DNA of 64,000 nt from Candidatus Aenigmatarchaeota archaeon (GCA_016180945.1 JACPAG010000003.1:39312-103311), one strand, 5' to 3'. Shown: positions 18,508 through 27,583, counted from the stretch's first letter. The notes: a model not told the origin generated them from the sequence alone. A program made the numbers and translations.

Positions 18508-19101
18508 ATGATTATTGCAAGAGGCGCCGAAGCTGTAATCAATCTTGAGAATAACCAAATAATCAAGGAACGCATTAGAAAAGGCTACAGGCTAACGCAA
18601 TTAGATGAAACATTGCGAAAAAAGAGAAACCGCAATGAAGCCTCACTGCTTAGAGAAGCCAGGCGCGCTGGAGTAGACGTTCCGCAGATTTTAGACGAGT
18701 CAGAATTCTCGATAAAAATGGAATTTATTGGCGGCGTAAAAGTCAAGGATGCCATGAACGAAAACAACGCCGAAGAACTGGCAGAAAAAATAGCCGCCTC
18801 CGTTGCAAAGCTCCATAACAAAGGCATAGTGCACGGCGACCTGACAACATCCAATATGATAATTAAGGGCAACAATATTTTCTTCATAGATTTCGGTCTC
18901 GGCTTTTTCTCGCAAAAGGCAGAGGATATGGCAACAGATTTATACCTGCTTCACGAAGCGCTGGAATCAACCCACTTCTCAGTAATGGAAAAAGCGTGGA
19001 AAACAATATTAAATGCCTACAAGGAAGGCTTCAGCGGCGCCGACAAAGTTATTAAAACATTAGCCGAGATAGAAAAGCGGGGAAGGTACAGGGAGAGATA
19101 G
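18508..19101 (+). CDS. bud32: KEOPS complex kinase Bud32
   Basis: MIIARGAEAVI start and catalytic HGDLTTSNMI. Start moved to Met36 of the ORF-track ORF, which is preceded by GAGGGG. Confidence 0.8.
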   Translation: MIIARGAEAVINLENNQIIKERIRKGYRLTQLDETLRKKRNRNEASLLREARRAGVDVPQILDESEFSIKMEFIGGVKVKDAMNENNAEELAEKIAASVAKLHNKGIVHGDLTTSNMIIKGNNIFFIDFGLGFFSQKAEDMATDLYLLHEALESTHFSVMEKAWKTILNAYKEGFSGADKVIKTLAEIEKRGRYRER

Positions 19102-19103
19102 TG

Positions 19104-19367
19104 ATGCAGCAACGGATGTTTAGAGTGGCATTGCATGGTTTCGGCTACCCAGGACAAATACCCCCCGATCATGTGATAGGAGAAATAAATGGCGGCGATT
19201 GTCTTCCGCATCAGTGGCCTTCAGTAAGAGAAGGTATACTTCATCAAATGAGAGCAAAAGGTTATCGAACTGAAATAGCAGAAACCCGGGATCCCAATGA
19301 TGGAAGAGTACACTTTATAGCCTACGGCTTTAGGCTGGAACCTATTACGCTGCAATCTGTAGGATGA
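19104..19367 (+). CDS. Hypothetical small protein coupled to bud32
   Basis: 87-aa ORF whose ATG overlaps the bud32 stop (TAGTGATG). No recognisable family. Confidence 0.3.
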   Translation: MQQRMFRVALHGFGYPGQIPPDHVIGEINGGDCLPHQWPSVREGILHQMRAKGYRTEIAETRDPNDGRVHFIAYGFRLEPITLQSVG

Positions 19368-19379
19368 TATTAATGGCTC

Positions 19380-19566
19380 GAATGTCTTGAGAAAGCAGCA
19401 GCTTTCTGAGACATCGGGCATCAAATGGTGATGAAGTATAGCCCGAATGCATTCAAAAAGCGGAGCTTTTTGGGGCATCGAGCTATGGAAGAGGTGTTAA
19501 ATATAGCCCGAATGCATTCAAAAAGCGGAGCTTTTTGTAGCACTCTAGCCATAGGAAGGGATATCA
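19380..19566 (+). promoter_or_regulatory. rps15 leader: tandem degenerate copies of the leader motif / gene 5' end
   Basis: TATAGCCCGAATGCATTCAAAAAGCGGAGCTTTTTG occurs twice. It resembles both the gene start ATGGCTAGAATGCATTCC and the consensus motif (hairpin AAAAAGC-GGA-GCTTTTT). Confidence 0.5.
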
Positions 19567-20016
19567 ATGGCTAGAATGCATTCCCGCAAGCACGGACAGC
19601 ACGGCTCGAAAAAGCCTATCAAAAAGATAAAGGTAGACTGGCTTATCTACGATAAGGATGAAGTTGAGAAACTGATTCTTAAGCTGGCCAAGGAAGGGAA
19701 AAGTTCAGCGGAAATAGGGCTCCTGCTTCGCGACCAGTACGGCATCCCCGACGTCCGCTATTTCAAGATGCGAGTCCTTAAGGTTATTGAAAAGGACCAC
19801 AAGAAAGAAGTCCCGGAAGACCTGTACAATCTCATAAAGAAAGCCGTGAATGTCCACAAGCATATGGACTCCAACAGAAAGGACTCAAAAGGCAAGCACG
19901 GCTTGGAGCTTCTGGAATCAAAAATCCGCCGCTTAGGCAAGTACTACGCCAGGACTGGCAAGCTTCCAAAAGGCTGGAAATACAGCATAGACGAAGCAAA
20001 GCTGCTGGTGAAGTAA
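19567..20016 (+). CDS. rps15: 30S ribosomal protein S15 (uS15)
   Basis: MARMHSRKHG start and S15/S13e domain organisation. Confidence 0.9.
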   Translation: MARMHSRKHGQHGSKKPIKKIKVDWLIYDKDEVEKLILKLAKEGKSSAEIGLLLRDQYGIPDVRYFKMRVLKVIEKDHKKEVPEDLYNLIKKAVNVHKHMDSNRKDSKGKHGLELLESKIRRLGKYYARTGKLPKGWKYSIDEAKLLVK

Positions 20017-20107
20017 AGTATAATCAATAAGAAATAAGATGACACTCTGTTTCTTCTCAGACCAGACAAACACTTAAAAAGAATCCCGCCAAGTCTTAGA
20101 CATTATA

Positions 20108-20227
20108 GCATGGCAATCGGCTCATAACTTGAAGGAGCGTAGCGACCAAACATTTATATGGTCGACTAACGACTGGAAGGAGCTAAAATTATTATATGGC
20201 AATCGACTTGCCGGAGGCAAGGGGATA
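20108..20227 (+). promoter_or_regulatory. Three tandem copies of the leader motif upstream of the primase gene
   Basis: ATGGCAATCGGCTCATAACTTG..., TTTATATGGTCGACTAACGACTGGAAGGAGC, and a perfect final copy ATGGCAATCGAC-TTGCC-GGA-GGCAA-GGGGATA immediately before the ATG. Confidence 0.6.
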
Positions 20228-21595
20228 ATGAACCGCCAGCAGATTTTCGACTATTATTCGCACGACAAAATTTCTTCCATTCTTGTAAACAATTCGAAAG
20301 AGCGCGAAGTGGCAGGCGCTTTCTTCGACGGCACCTATGATTCCCGCCCTAACGCACTCCAGTTTGACAGCGACGTAACCCAGATGGTTAAAAAGGGCGT
20401 CGTCTCGTTCCACTATTCCGTCGAGCACTGGAAAAATCCGATGGCCATTCAGGAGAAAAATTACAATAAGCTTCGTGCCGGCTGGGACCTCTTGATAGAC
20501 ATAGACTCGAAACTGGGGCTGGAAGAATCGAAAGCTGCCGTGATGATTATACGGAATTTTTTGGAAAAGTATGGCATAAAAAATTTCGGCCTTAAGTTTT
20601 CCGGCCGCCGCGGCTTTCACGTATGCCTGCCGTGGATAATGTTTCCGAAAGAGATAAATTACAGCAAAGCCGAGGTTATGTATCCGGAAGTCCCGCGGAT
20701 TCTCTCCTCCTTTTTGAGGGACAAAATTTCCGGCGAACTCATGAAAGAGCTGCTGAAGAAAAAGAGCGCGAAAGAGCTGATAGCCACCTTGGAAGAGCCG
20801 CCCTCGTCCCTTTCACCTTATTTCTTCGTTGAAGTCGAAAAAAACTGGGGCAACCGGCATATGTTCCGCGCGCCGTTCAGCCTGAACGAGAAAACGTGGC
20901 TCGTTTCGCTGCCGATGAAATATTCAGACATCGTTGCTTTTTCCGCTGAAAAAGCCACGCCGCAGAACGCTTTGAATTCCGGCTTTGAAGATTTTTTTGT
21001 AGGCGAGGAAAACGAGGCCGAGGCATTTTTGATAGACGCCATGGACTGGCATTCTATGCAGCAGAAAGAAAAACCCAAAATAACAAAAAAAATTTATTAT
21101 GAAAACAAGATGCCCGCTGAGGCTTTTCCGCCATGCATCAAGACCGTTCTTGCTGGCCTGGCCGACGGCCGGAAAAGAAGCCTTTTTACGCTGATAAATT
21201 TCCTGCGCATGATGAACTGGCCCTGGCAGGAAGTGGAGCAAACGGTTTTTGAATGGAACGAAAAAAACAGGCCGCCGCTGCCGAGGAACATTATAATTTC
21301 CCAGTTAAGATGGTGCCAGATAAACCAACGTACGCCGGCAAACTGCCCGCCTGACGGCGAGATGTACTACGTCTCGACAGGTATTTGCAAACCGGACGAG
21401 ATATGCAAGGCAGGAACAGAAAAAATAGTCATAAAAAATCCCATCGTTTATCCGTTCAAGAAGATGAAAAAATTAAAAAAGGTCAAGCCTGTTTATCGCG
21501 GTTATTCCTGCATGCGATGCAAGAAAGAGTTCAAATCCATGGCGAGCCTTAATATGCACAAATCGAGAATGCACGGGATTTCAGATGCAGCGTAA
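20228..21595 (+). CDS. priS: DNA primase small subunit PriS fused to a PriL C-terminal-domain-like module and a C2H2 zinc finger
   Basis: PriS catalytic region (GWDLLIDIDS, FSGRRGFHV). Then FPPCIKTVLAGLADGRKRSLFTLINFLRMMNW, the PPC(M/I)...R...FL signature of the PriL CTD, with 5 Cys. Then CMRCKKEFKSMASLNMHKSRMH. Start set at Met34 of the ORF-track ORF, directly after the motif. Confidence 0.75.
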   Translation: MNRQQIFDYYSHDKISSILVNNSKEREVAGAFFDGTYDSRPNALQFDSDVTQMVKKGVVSFHYSVEHWKNPMAIQEKNYNKLRAGWDLLIDIDSKLGLEESKAAVMIIRNFLEKYGIKNFGLKFSGRRGFHVCLPWIMFPKEINYSKAEVMYPEVPRILSSFLRDKISGELMKELLKKKSAKELIATLEEPPSSLSPYFFVEVEKNWGNRHMFRAPFSLNEKTWLVSLPMKYSDIVAFSAEKATPQNALNSGFEDFFVGEENEAEAFLIDAMDWHSMQQKEKPKITKKIYYENKMPAEAFPPCIKTVLAGLADGRKRSLFTLINFLRMMNWPWQEVEQTVFEWNEKNRPPLPRNIIISQLRWCQINQRTPANCPPDGEMYYVSTGICKPDEICKAGTEKIVIKNPIVYPFKKMKKLKKVKPVYRGYSCMRCKKEFKSMASLNMHKSRMHGISDAA

Positions 21596-22438
21596 CTATT
21601 GTGACTTTATTGCCAGATAACCGCCTAGAATTATAAGCGCTCCTCCCACAAACGTGAATGCTGTCGGCACTTCGGACAGCAGAAAGAATGCGTAGGTTGT
21701 ACCCGCAACAGGTTCCAGATAACCAAGAATTCCAGCATGCTGGGCTTTTACGTGCTTAATTCCGAATGCGTGTATCAAGCTGCTGGCAACTGTGAAAATC
21801 ATAGCTGTAATGAAAAGCAGCACCAAAATTGACGCATTTATTGCAGGAGCTTCTAGCATAACAAAAGGAAACAGTATCAATGCGCTTATCACATACCGGT
21901 ACAGCATCATATGAAGGACGCTAAGTCCTTTTAGGATGTGTTTGTAAACAATTATCACAAGGGCATAGAATAATCCTGAAACGATGCCAAACATTATGCC
22001 CAACGAGCTGGTTGCTAATGACAGTCCTGAATACACAATGATAAATAAGCCGGAAAACGAAAGCACCAGAGCTATCAGCGTGGACTTTTCCAGTTTCTCT
22101 TTTATCAGAAAAGGTGCCAATAATGCAACAAAAACAGGGGCGGTGTAATGAGTAAGTATCGCATTTGATATAGTCGTTAGGCGGAAGGCGTTGAAATAAA
22201 ACAAATCGTTTGCAACTGCCACTATTGCCAAGATGACAAGAAATTTTAACGCGGTCTTTATTTTAATATTTTCTTTTACCGATTTCAACAGAAAGAACAG
22301 AGTTATAGAAGCGAAAACCTGCATGAAGAACAATAAGGTTATTGTACTTGTAGGCACGAATCTTACGAACAGCCCCATCGACCCGAAAATAAACATCGCA
22401 AGAATTATCAGAATACTGCCCTTCACTTCGTCTTTCAT
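21596..22438 (-). CDS. EamA/DMT-family transporter
   Basis: 280 aa, 10 TM helices, duplicated EamA pattern. Confidence 0.7.
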   Translation of the reverse strand: MKDEVKGSILIILAMFIFGSMGLFVRFVPTSTITLLFFMQVFASITLFFLLKSVKENIKIKTALKFLVILAIVAVANDLFYFNAFRLTTISNAILTHYTAPVFVALLAPFLIKEKLEKSTLIALVLSFSGLFIIVYSGLSLATSSLGIMFGIVSGLFYALVIIVYKHILKGLSVLHMMLYRYVISALILFPFVMLEAPAINASILVLLFITAMIFTVASSLIHAFGIKHVKAQHAGILGYLEPVAGTTYAFFLLSEVPTAFTFVGGALIILGGYLAIKSQ

Positions 22439-22504
22439 GTGCTAAACCTGAAATCATAAATTTTAATACTTTCCATCCAAAGCTAGTTTAAGGTTTGAAC
22501 TATT

Positions 22505-23035
22505 ATGTTAACGTTTGAAAAAATCCGTGACTTGGAACGAGCAGAGCGCGAATCAAAAGGGCTGCAGAAGCTTCCGGACAATTTGATGGAAGAGATAAGA
22601 AGCTACATACACAAAAAAGAAAAACTGGCAGACAGCTCGGCCATAATCGAGATGGAAAACGTCAAGAATATTATAAAGAGGTTTTTTGAGCTGCGGGAAA
22701 CAAAGCTCGTATCCCTGGCATTGTACAGCGTCAAAACAAACCTGCCGGTAGAAAATCTGACAAAGGAAGAAGAAACCCTTTTTTCTGCCCTGGCAGAAAA
22801 AATAAAGAATTTCCGCCAATCCTTCTTTTCAGAGCTCCAGAATCCGGTTCCGGAACAAGCGAAAGAAGTGAAGAACGAAGTCTACAGGGTGAAGAAATCC
22901 ACTCCCGAATTCGTGGGGCCTGATTTGAAATTGTACAGGTTTAATGAGAACGAGCTGATAGACGTTTCTGTTTTGCCAAAGCCTTTAAATGATTTGTTGC
23001 TCAAGGAAGGGGTTATTGAGAAGGTTGTGGAATAA
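22505..23035 (+). CDS. gins51: GINS subunit Gins51 (Gins15)
   Basis: Helical A domain plus a C-terminal B domain YRVKKSTPEFVGPDLKLYRF...VSVLPKPLNDLLLKEGV. Lies near priS. Confidence 0.5.
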   Translation: MLTFEKIRDLERAERESKGLQKLPDNLMEEIRSYIHKKEKLADSSAIIEMENVKNIIKRFFELRETKLVSLALYSVKTNLPVENLTKEEETLFSALAEKIKNFRQSFFSELQNPVPEQAKEVKNEVYRVKKSTPEFVGPDLKLYRFNENELIDVSVLPKPLNDLLLKEGVIEKVVE

Positions 23036-23108
23036 GGAAATATAAATACAAAATGGTTTTGACTTAAAAAGTAAAGGGAGAAGGAACGGAGCGACCTACT
23101 ATTGTAAA

Positions 23109-23138
23109 ATGGCTATCGACTTGCGGAGCAAGGGGATA
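23109..23138 (+). promoter_or_regulatory. Leader motif copy (ATGGCTATCGAC-CTTGC-GGA-GCAAG-GGGATA) in frame with rpl44e
   Basis: Motif is present. Its upstream ATG is in frame with the gene ATG, so the ORF track shows a false 10-aa extension. Confidence 0.6.
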
Positions 23139-23420
23139 ATGATTATACCAAAAATCCAGATGCGTTATTGCAAGTTCTGCAAAAAACACACAGAGCACAC
23201 GGTCGAAGAAGCGAAGAGACGGCCAAGAAAACAGAACAGCAAAAGCCAGCGCCGGTTTCTCCGCAAGTTAAAAGGTTACGGCTCGTTCCCTAAGGAAAAC
23301 CCGAAAGGAAGGGAAAAGCCGACCAGGAAGACGGATTTCCGCTATGTCTGCAAGGAGTGCGGAAAAAAGCATACATTAGGCACTGGCTTCAGGATAAAAA
23401 AGATAGAGTTCAAGAAGTGA
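23139..23420 (+). CDS. rpl44e: 50S ribosomal protein L44e (eL42)
   Basis: Two CxxC pairs (RYCKFCKKHTEH...CKECGKKH) and a basic tail. Confidence 0.85.
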   Translation: MIIPKIQMRYCKFCKKHTEHTVEEAKRRPRKQNSKSQRRFLRKLKGYGSFPKENPKGREKPTRKTDFRYVCKECGKKHTLGTGFRIKKIEFKK

Positions 23421-23446
23421 ACGACTGAAGGGATGATAAAAATAAT

Positions 23447-23490
23447 ATGGCATACGACTATGTCGCTCATAGCGACAGAGGGGTATTATT
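23447..23490 (+). promoter_or_regulatory. Leader motif copy (ATGGCATACGAC-TGTCGCT-CAT-AGCGACA-GAGGGGTATT)
   Basis: Nearly identical to the copy at 44826-44893. Confidence 0.6.
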
Positions 23491-24099
23491 ATGAATTCCG
23501 CTCTTTTTGTGCTGCTGTTTTCTGTTCTCGTCTTATTCGTCATGAACATCCCTTATAAGTTCCTCATAAACCAGAACGAGGCCAGGGCAATAAAAGCCCG
23601 TGTCAAAGAGCTGCAGGAAAAGAGCAAATACGTGAGAAGGCAGGGAAACCAGAAAATGGCGTCGCAGATTATGGGCGACTCCTTCCGCGAAAGCAGCAAG
23701 CTGACAAAGATGTCCCTGAAGCCCATGCTGCTCTCCCTTGTTATCGTTTTTATTGCGCTGCCTTTGTTAAGCAACGCGTATAGCGACCATGTAGTGGAGC
23801 TGAAAGACAACAAATCCAATATAACAATCAATGGCAATACCTACGACATCAGCGTAGCCGATAAAGTCATAACCATCGGAAATGTAACATGCGAATCGCC
23901 ATGCATGAAGAAAAACATCGGCGGCGGTTTATGGAACGTGAATGTCAACAGCAACAAAGTAGAATTTGCACGCATCGTCGCCCTGCTGCCTGTTTCCCTG
24001 CCGGTATTCGCCGACGATGCCGGCTGGCTGGGATGGTACCTTATAATCTCCATTCCCGTCATGATTCTCCAGAGGAAGCTGATGAAAATACACGTTTGA
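23491..24099 (+). CDS. DUF106-family membrane protein (archaeal Oxa1/YidC-like insertase candidate)
   Basis: Three TM helices with a coiled-coil segment between TM1 and TM2, typical of DUF106. Confidence 0.45.
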   Translation: MNSALFVLLFSVLVLFVMNIPYKFLINQNEARAIKARVKELQEKSKYVRRQGNQKMASQIMGDSFRESSKLTKMSLKPMLLSLVIVFIALPLLSNAYSDHVVELKDNKSNITINGNTYDISVADKVITIGNVTCESPCMKKNIGGGLWNVNVNSNKVEFARIVALLPVSLPVFADDAGWLGWYLIISIPVMILQRKLMKIHV

Positions 24100-24243
24100 A
24101 GTAATACCAAATAAAAGTAGTCCAATTATTGACTTCTTAATGGGCTGATGTACCGGAAGTATGCTAGAACTATTTTTTGCAATGAACACTTCCATCTTTC
24201 CAGCATACTTATCTATTAATCTCTTGTATCCAAACAAATAATT

Positions 24244-25185
24244 ATGTCAGATTTTCTTGTCAAATCAGCAGATATCCCAAACCTTGAATACGGCAAATAC
24301 CCCGGCTCAAGAAGCGTGGAAGAGCTGATAAGGAACGGAATAATTATTCTGGACAAATGGTGCGGCCCGACAAGCCATGACGTGGCAGCAACCGTAAAGA
24401 AGCTTTTCGGATTAAAAAAAACAGGAAACTCAGGAACACTGGACCCTGCCGTTTCCGGCATACTTCCAATCACTCTGGAAAACGCCTGTAAAGTCATTCC
24501 GGCGTTGCAGCACCTGGACAAGGAATACGTTGGCGTCATGCATCTGCACAAGGATGTGACCGACGAAAAACTGAACCAGGCAATAAAGAAATTCGTCGGC
24601 CAGATAATCCAGCTGCCGCCTGTAAGAAGCGCCGTCGCCAGGCGTGAAAGAAAAAGAAACATATACTCATTTAAAATGCTCGACAGAAAAGGCAAGGATG
24701 CCGTCTTTCAGGTTAGCTGCGAAGCTGGGACGTACATAAGAAAGCTCATCTCTGATTTAGGCAGGGATATAGGCGGCGCCCATATGGCAGAACTGCGGCG
24801 CATAAGGGTCGGAAGATTTGCCGAACCTGTTAGAATACAGGACGTTGTCGATGCATATCATCTCTGGAAAGAGGGTGGCGACGAATCCATCCGTGATTTT
24901 GTTTTGCCGGTAGAAGCTGCCGTAGAGCATCTGGGCAAAATCATCATCAAGGATTCGGCCGTTTCAGCCGTAGCCAACGGCTCGCCGCTGTACACAGGTG
25001 GCATAAGCAGGATACAAAAAAACATACAGAAAGACGATTTGGTAGCCATACTCACGCTGAAGGGCGAACTCGTGGCATTGGCAAAAGCGGTTGCCACAAG
25101 CGAAGAAATGCTGAAAAAGGGGTTAGCTGCTAAAATAGACCGCGTGATAATGGAAAAGGGAATTTACCAAGCCAAGTCCGAATAA
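24244..25185 (+). CDS. cbf5: H/ACA RNP pseudouridine synthase Cbf5 (TruB family plus PUA)
   Basis: GTLDP catalytic motif and a C-terminal PUA domain. Confidence 0.85.
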   Translation: MSDFLVKSADIPNLEYGKYPGSRSVEELIRNGIIILDKWCGPTSHDVAATVKKLFGLKKTGNSGTLDPAVSGILPITLENACKVIPALQHLDKEYVGVMHLHKDVTDEKLNQAIKKFVGQIIQLPPVRSAVARRERKRNIYSFKMLDRKGKDAVFQVSCEAGTYIRKLISDLGRDIGGAHMAELRRIRVGRFAEPVRIQDVVDAYHLWKEGGDESIRDFVLPVEAAVEHLGKIIIKDSAVSAVANGSPLYTGGISRIQKNIQKDDLVAILTLKGELVALAKAVATSEEMLKKGLAAKIDRVIMEKGIYQAKSE

Positions 25186-25215
25186 CTTTATAAAATTACT
25201 GCGTGTATTGTTCTC

Positions 25216-26919
25216 ATGTATTTCGGCCGTGTTCTGGGATTAGGCTTGACGCCGTCAGGCAAGCCCGCTGCAGTTTACGCCGTCTCCGGTCGTTCCGCAC
25301 TTAGCAAGGCAAGAAAGGCAGTTATCCATAAAGATGCCGTCACAATAGAGCCAACAGTTTCGCTGGAAGGCCAGCAGGATGTTAAGGATCTGCTATTTTA
25401 CAACGCAATAAGAATTCACAACAGCAGATTAGTCTTAGGTAATGGCGTCCATGTTGATAGCATTTTGGACAGTTCTATAAAAAGCGTCCTGGATAAGTTC
25501 GGTCCTGAAAATGATGTATACAAAACGCCGAGAATAGCAGGCGTCATAGACGGCAATAAATTTTCTGTTGGGATGATAAAAGAAGATAACAGCGCATTTG
25601 AAACGGACATAAATCCTTCATCCGGTTTTTATGCAATCTCCACTTATTCTGGCGAAGCCGAACCAAAAGTTCACGATTTCAAAAATTTATCAGATATAGC
25701 AATACATCTTAATTTTTCCGGCGAGACAGCGCAGGAATTGGCAGACAGCGCATTCAAATGGCTTGACGCAAATCTGGCCGTATGTACAGCAGCAGCCGTA
25801 TTTGACGGAAGTTGGAAGATAGCCGTGCATAACAAGACCACCCATAATAAGGGAGCTTATAGTGAGCAAAAAATAGGAAATCATCCGGAGAAAATAGTTA
25901 TTACAGAGCATTTTGGCGATGGCGCAAAAACACGCGTATTCGAAAAGGTCTCGGACCTGAGATACGCAACCAATCCCGGCCAGGCAGCAGCTTTTTACGG
26001 GCACGATTCGCTTCTGGGCAGAATAGCAATAATCAAATCCGGTAAAGGTGGTTTGTCCCAGACGAACATAGAAGACGTATTCTACGCCTTGGACACGCTG
26101 AAATATTTTTCCGTCACCTCTTGCATCGTGATGAAGCACGAAAATCCCAGCGGTTTTGCGAAAACCGCTTCCGGTCCTCTAGTAGATGTTTACAAAAAAG
26201 CCCGCGATTGCGACTATCAGGCAGCCTTCGGCGGCGTTGTTGCATTTAACTCATCGGTCGATAAAGAAACGGCAGAGGAGATAGCAAAAACTTTTGTGGA
26301 GGTCGTAGTCGCTCCTGATTATGATTCTGATGCCATTGAAATTTTGAACAAAAGCAAAAACATCCGGGTCCTCAAATTTGACGACGCTCATCTTAAATCA
26401 CTGCCAAAATTTACAGGCGATAAATTTTCTGCGGAGTTCAGGATTCTGGGAAATGCGCTTCTCAGGTACGACCCGTATTTGACGTCTATCAAATCTGCAG
26501 AAAATCTCACGAAATATGTCGTTTCCGGAAATCCTTCTGCGAAAGAACTGGACGACCTGCTGACCGCATGGTACGTGTGCATAGGCGTCCGTTCCAATGC
26601 TATCGTCCTCGTCAAAAACAGCCATACAATCGGCATCGGGACAGGCCAGCAGGACAGGATAACGGCTATGAAACTTGCCATATGGAAAAACAAGGAACTG
26701 CATAATGACGATGAATTTTCTGCGGAAGGCGCATCGCTCGCCAGTGACGGCTTTTTCCCTTTCACAGACTCGATAGAATTTGCAGCAAAGAGCGGCGTAA
26801 AATATATCGTTCTGCCAGTGGGTGGTCAGAAATGGGATGAAGTGGTTAGAAAAGCCCAGGACTTGGGTATAGTCCTTGTCGGCTTACCCCCGGAAGAAAG
26901 GTGTTTTTCTCACCATTAA
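25216..26919 (+). CDS. purO-purH: Fusion of archaeal-type IMP cyclohydrolase PurO (N-terminal) and an AICAR transformylase domain (PurH C-terminal)
   Basis: N-terminus MYFGRVLGLG...VSGRS matches the PurO start pattern (MYLGRI.AVG...VSSRSF). C-terminus SDGFFPFTDSIEFAAKSGVKYIVLPVGG matches the PurH AICARFT tail (SDAFFPF.D...QPGGS). Confidence 0.65.
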   Translation: MYFGRVLGLGLTPSGKPAAVYAVSGRSALSKARKAVIHKDAVTIEPTVSLEGQQDVKDLLFYNAIRIHNSRLVLGNGVHVDSILDSSIKSVLDKFGPENDVYKTPRIAGVIDGNKFSVGMIKEDNSAFETDINPSSGFYAISTYSGEAEPKVHDFKNLSDIAIHLNFSGETAQELADSAFKWLDANLAVCTAAAVFDGSWKIAVHNKTTHNKGAYSEQKIGNHPEKIVITEHFGDGAKTRVFEKVSDLRYATNPGQAAAFYGHDSLLGRIAIIKSGKGGLSQTNIEDVFYALDTLKYFSVTSCIVMKHENPSGFAKTASGPLVDVYKKARDCDYQAAFGGVVAFNSSVDKETAEEIAKTFVEVVVAPDYDSDAIEILNKSKNIRVLKFDDAHLKSLPKFTGDKFSAEFRILGNALLRYDPYLTSIKSAENLTKYVVSGNPSAKELDDLLTAWYVCIGVRSNAIVLVKNSHTIGIGTGQQDRITAMKLAIWKNKELHNDDEFSAEGASLASDGFFPFTDSIEFAAKSGVKYIVLPVGGQKWDEVVRKAQDLGIVLVGLPPEERCFSHH

Positions 26920-26956
26920 ACCCTTTGTTTAAAAGCTTTTTTGTTTTACTATTCCA

Positions 26957-27040
26957 TACAAGCGAACCACCAGTTTCGGACTGGTGGTTCGTGGTGTAAA
27001 AAACTTTGTCGATGCAAAGGTTTTTCACAAAGGAAAACAG
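26957..27040 (+). repeat. R1 dispersed repeat, copy 2
   Basis: Core with 2 substitutions. Lies between the purO-purH stop and the purE 5' end. Confidence 0.7.
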
Positions 27041-27044
27041 GTGA

Positions 27045-27443
27045 TTTGTCATTACTGACGTTTTAATCATTGCAGCTTCTAAATCAGATGAAGAGATAGT
27101 CAGGAAAGTAACTGGAATTCTGGACAGCTACAGGGTTGTCTACAAAGTCGAATACGCCTCTGCGCACCGGGAGCCCGAAAGGGTAACGACGATAGTGAAG
27201 AATTCTGATGCAAAAGTCTTCGTAGCCATAGCCGGCTTGGCAGCCGCCCTGCCGGGCTTTGTCGCCTCAATGACAAACAAGCCTGTCATAGGCGTTCCTG
27301 TTTCTGCAAAACTCGGCGGTCTTGACGCATTGCTTTCGGTTGTCCAGATGCCAAAAGGAATTCCTGTCGCAGCAGTCGGCATAGATAACGGCGAAAACGC
27401 CGGCCATCTGGCAAAAAGGATTCTGGATGCAGGCAGGGCATAG
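27045..27443 (+). CDS. purE: N5-carboxyaminoimidazole ribonucleotide mutase PurE; no canonical in-frame start codon
   Basis: ...[11 protein letters not shown]...[10 protein letters not shown]...[15 protein letters not shown]...VIGVPV...[12 protein letters not shown]... is unambiguous PurE. Upstream in-frame stop at 27042-27044. No ATG/GTG/TTG occurs before the conserved N-terminus. Confidence 0.65.
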   Translation, partial: FVITDVLIIAASKSDEEIVRKVTGILDSYRVVYKVEYASAHREPERVTTIVKNSDAKVFVAIAGLAAALPGFVASMTNKPVIGVPVSAKLGGLDALLSVVQMPKGIPVAAVGIDNGENAGHLAKRILDAGRA

Positions 27444-27518
27444 CAGGTCACAAAATAAATAATACAATCGAAGAACTTTGTTCTTCGATGCACCGAAGAA
27501 CCTCTGGTTCTTCTTGTG

Positions 27519-27583
27519 TGGCAATCGACTTGCGGAGAAAAGTACCAGTATAAAATGGCACTCGACACGCGGAGCGTGGGGAG
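27519..27583 (+). promoter_or_regulatory. Two tandem leader motif copies upstream of purC
   Basis: TGGCAATCGACTTGCGGAGAAAAG..., then ATGGCACTCGAC-CACGC-GGA-GCGTG-GGGAG, then ATG. Confidence 0.55.

Noticed and set aside
27140-27568. 142-aa minus-strand ORF
   Set aside because: Antisense to purE, whose product is unambiguous.
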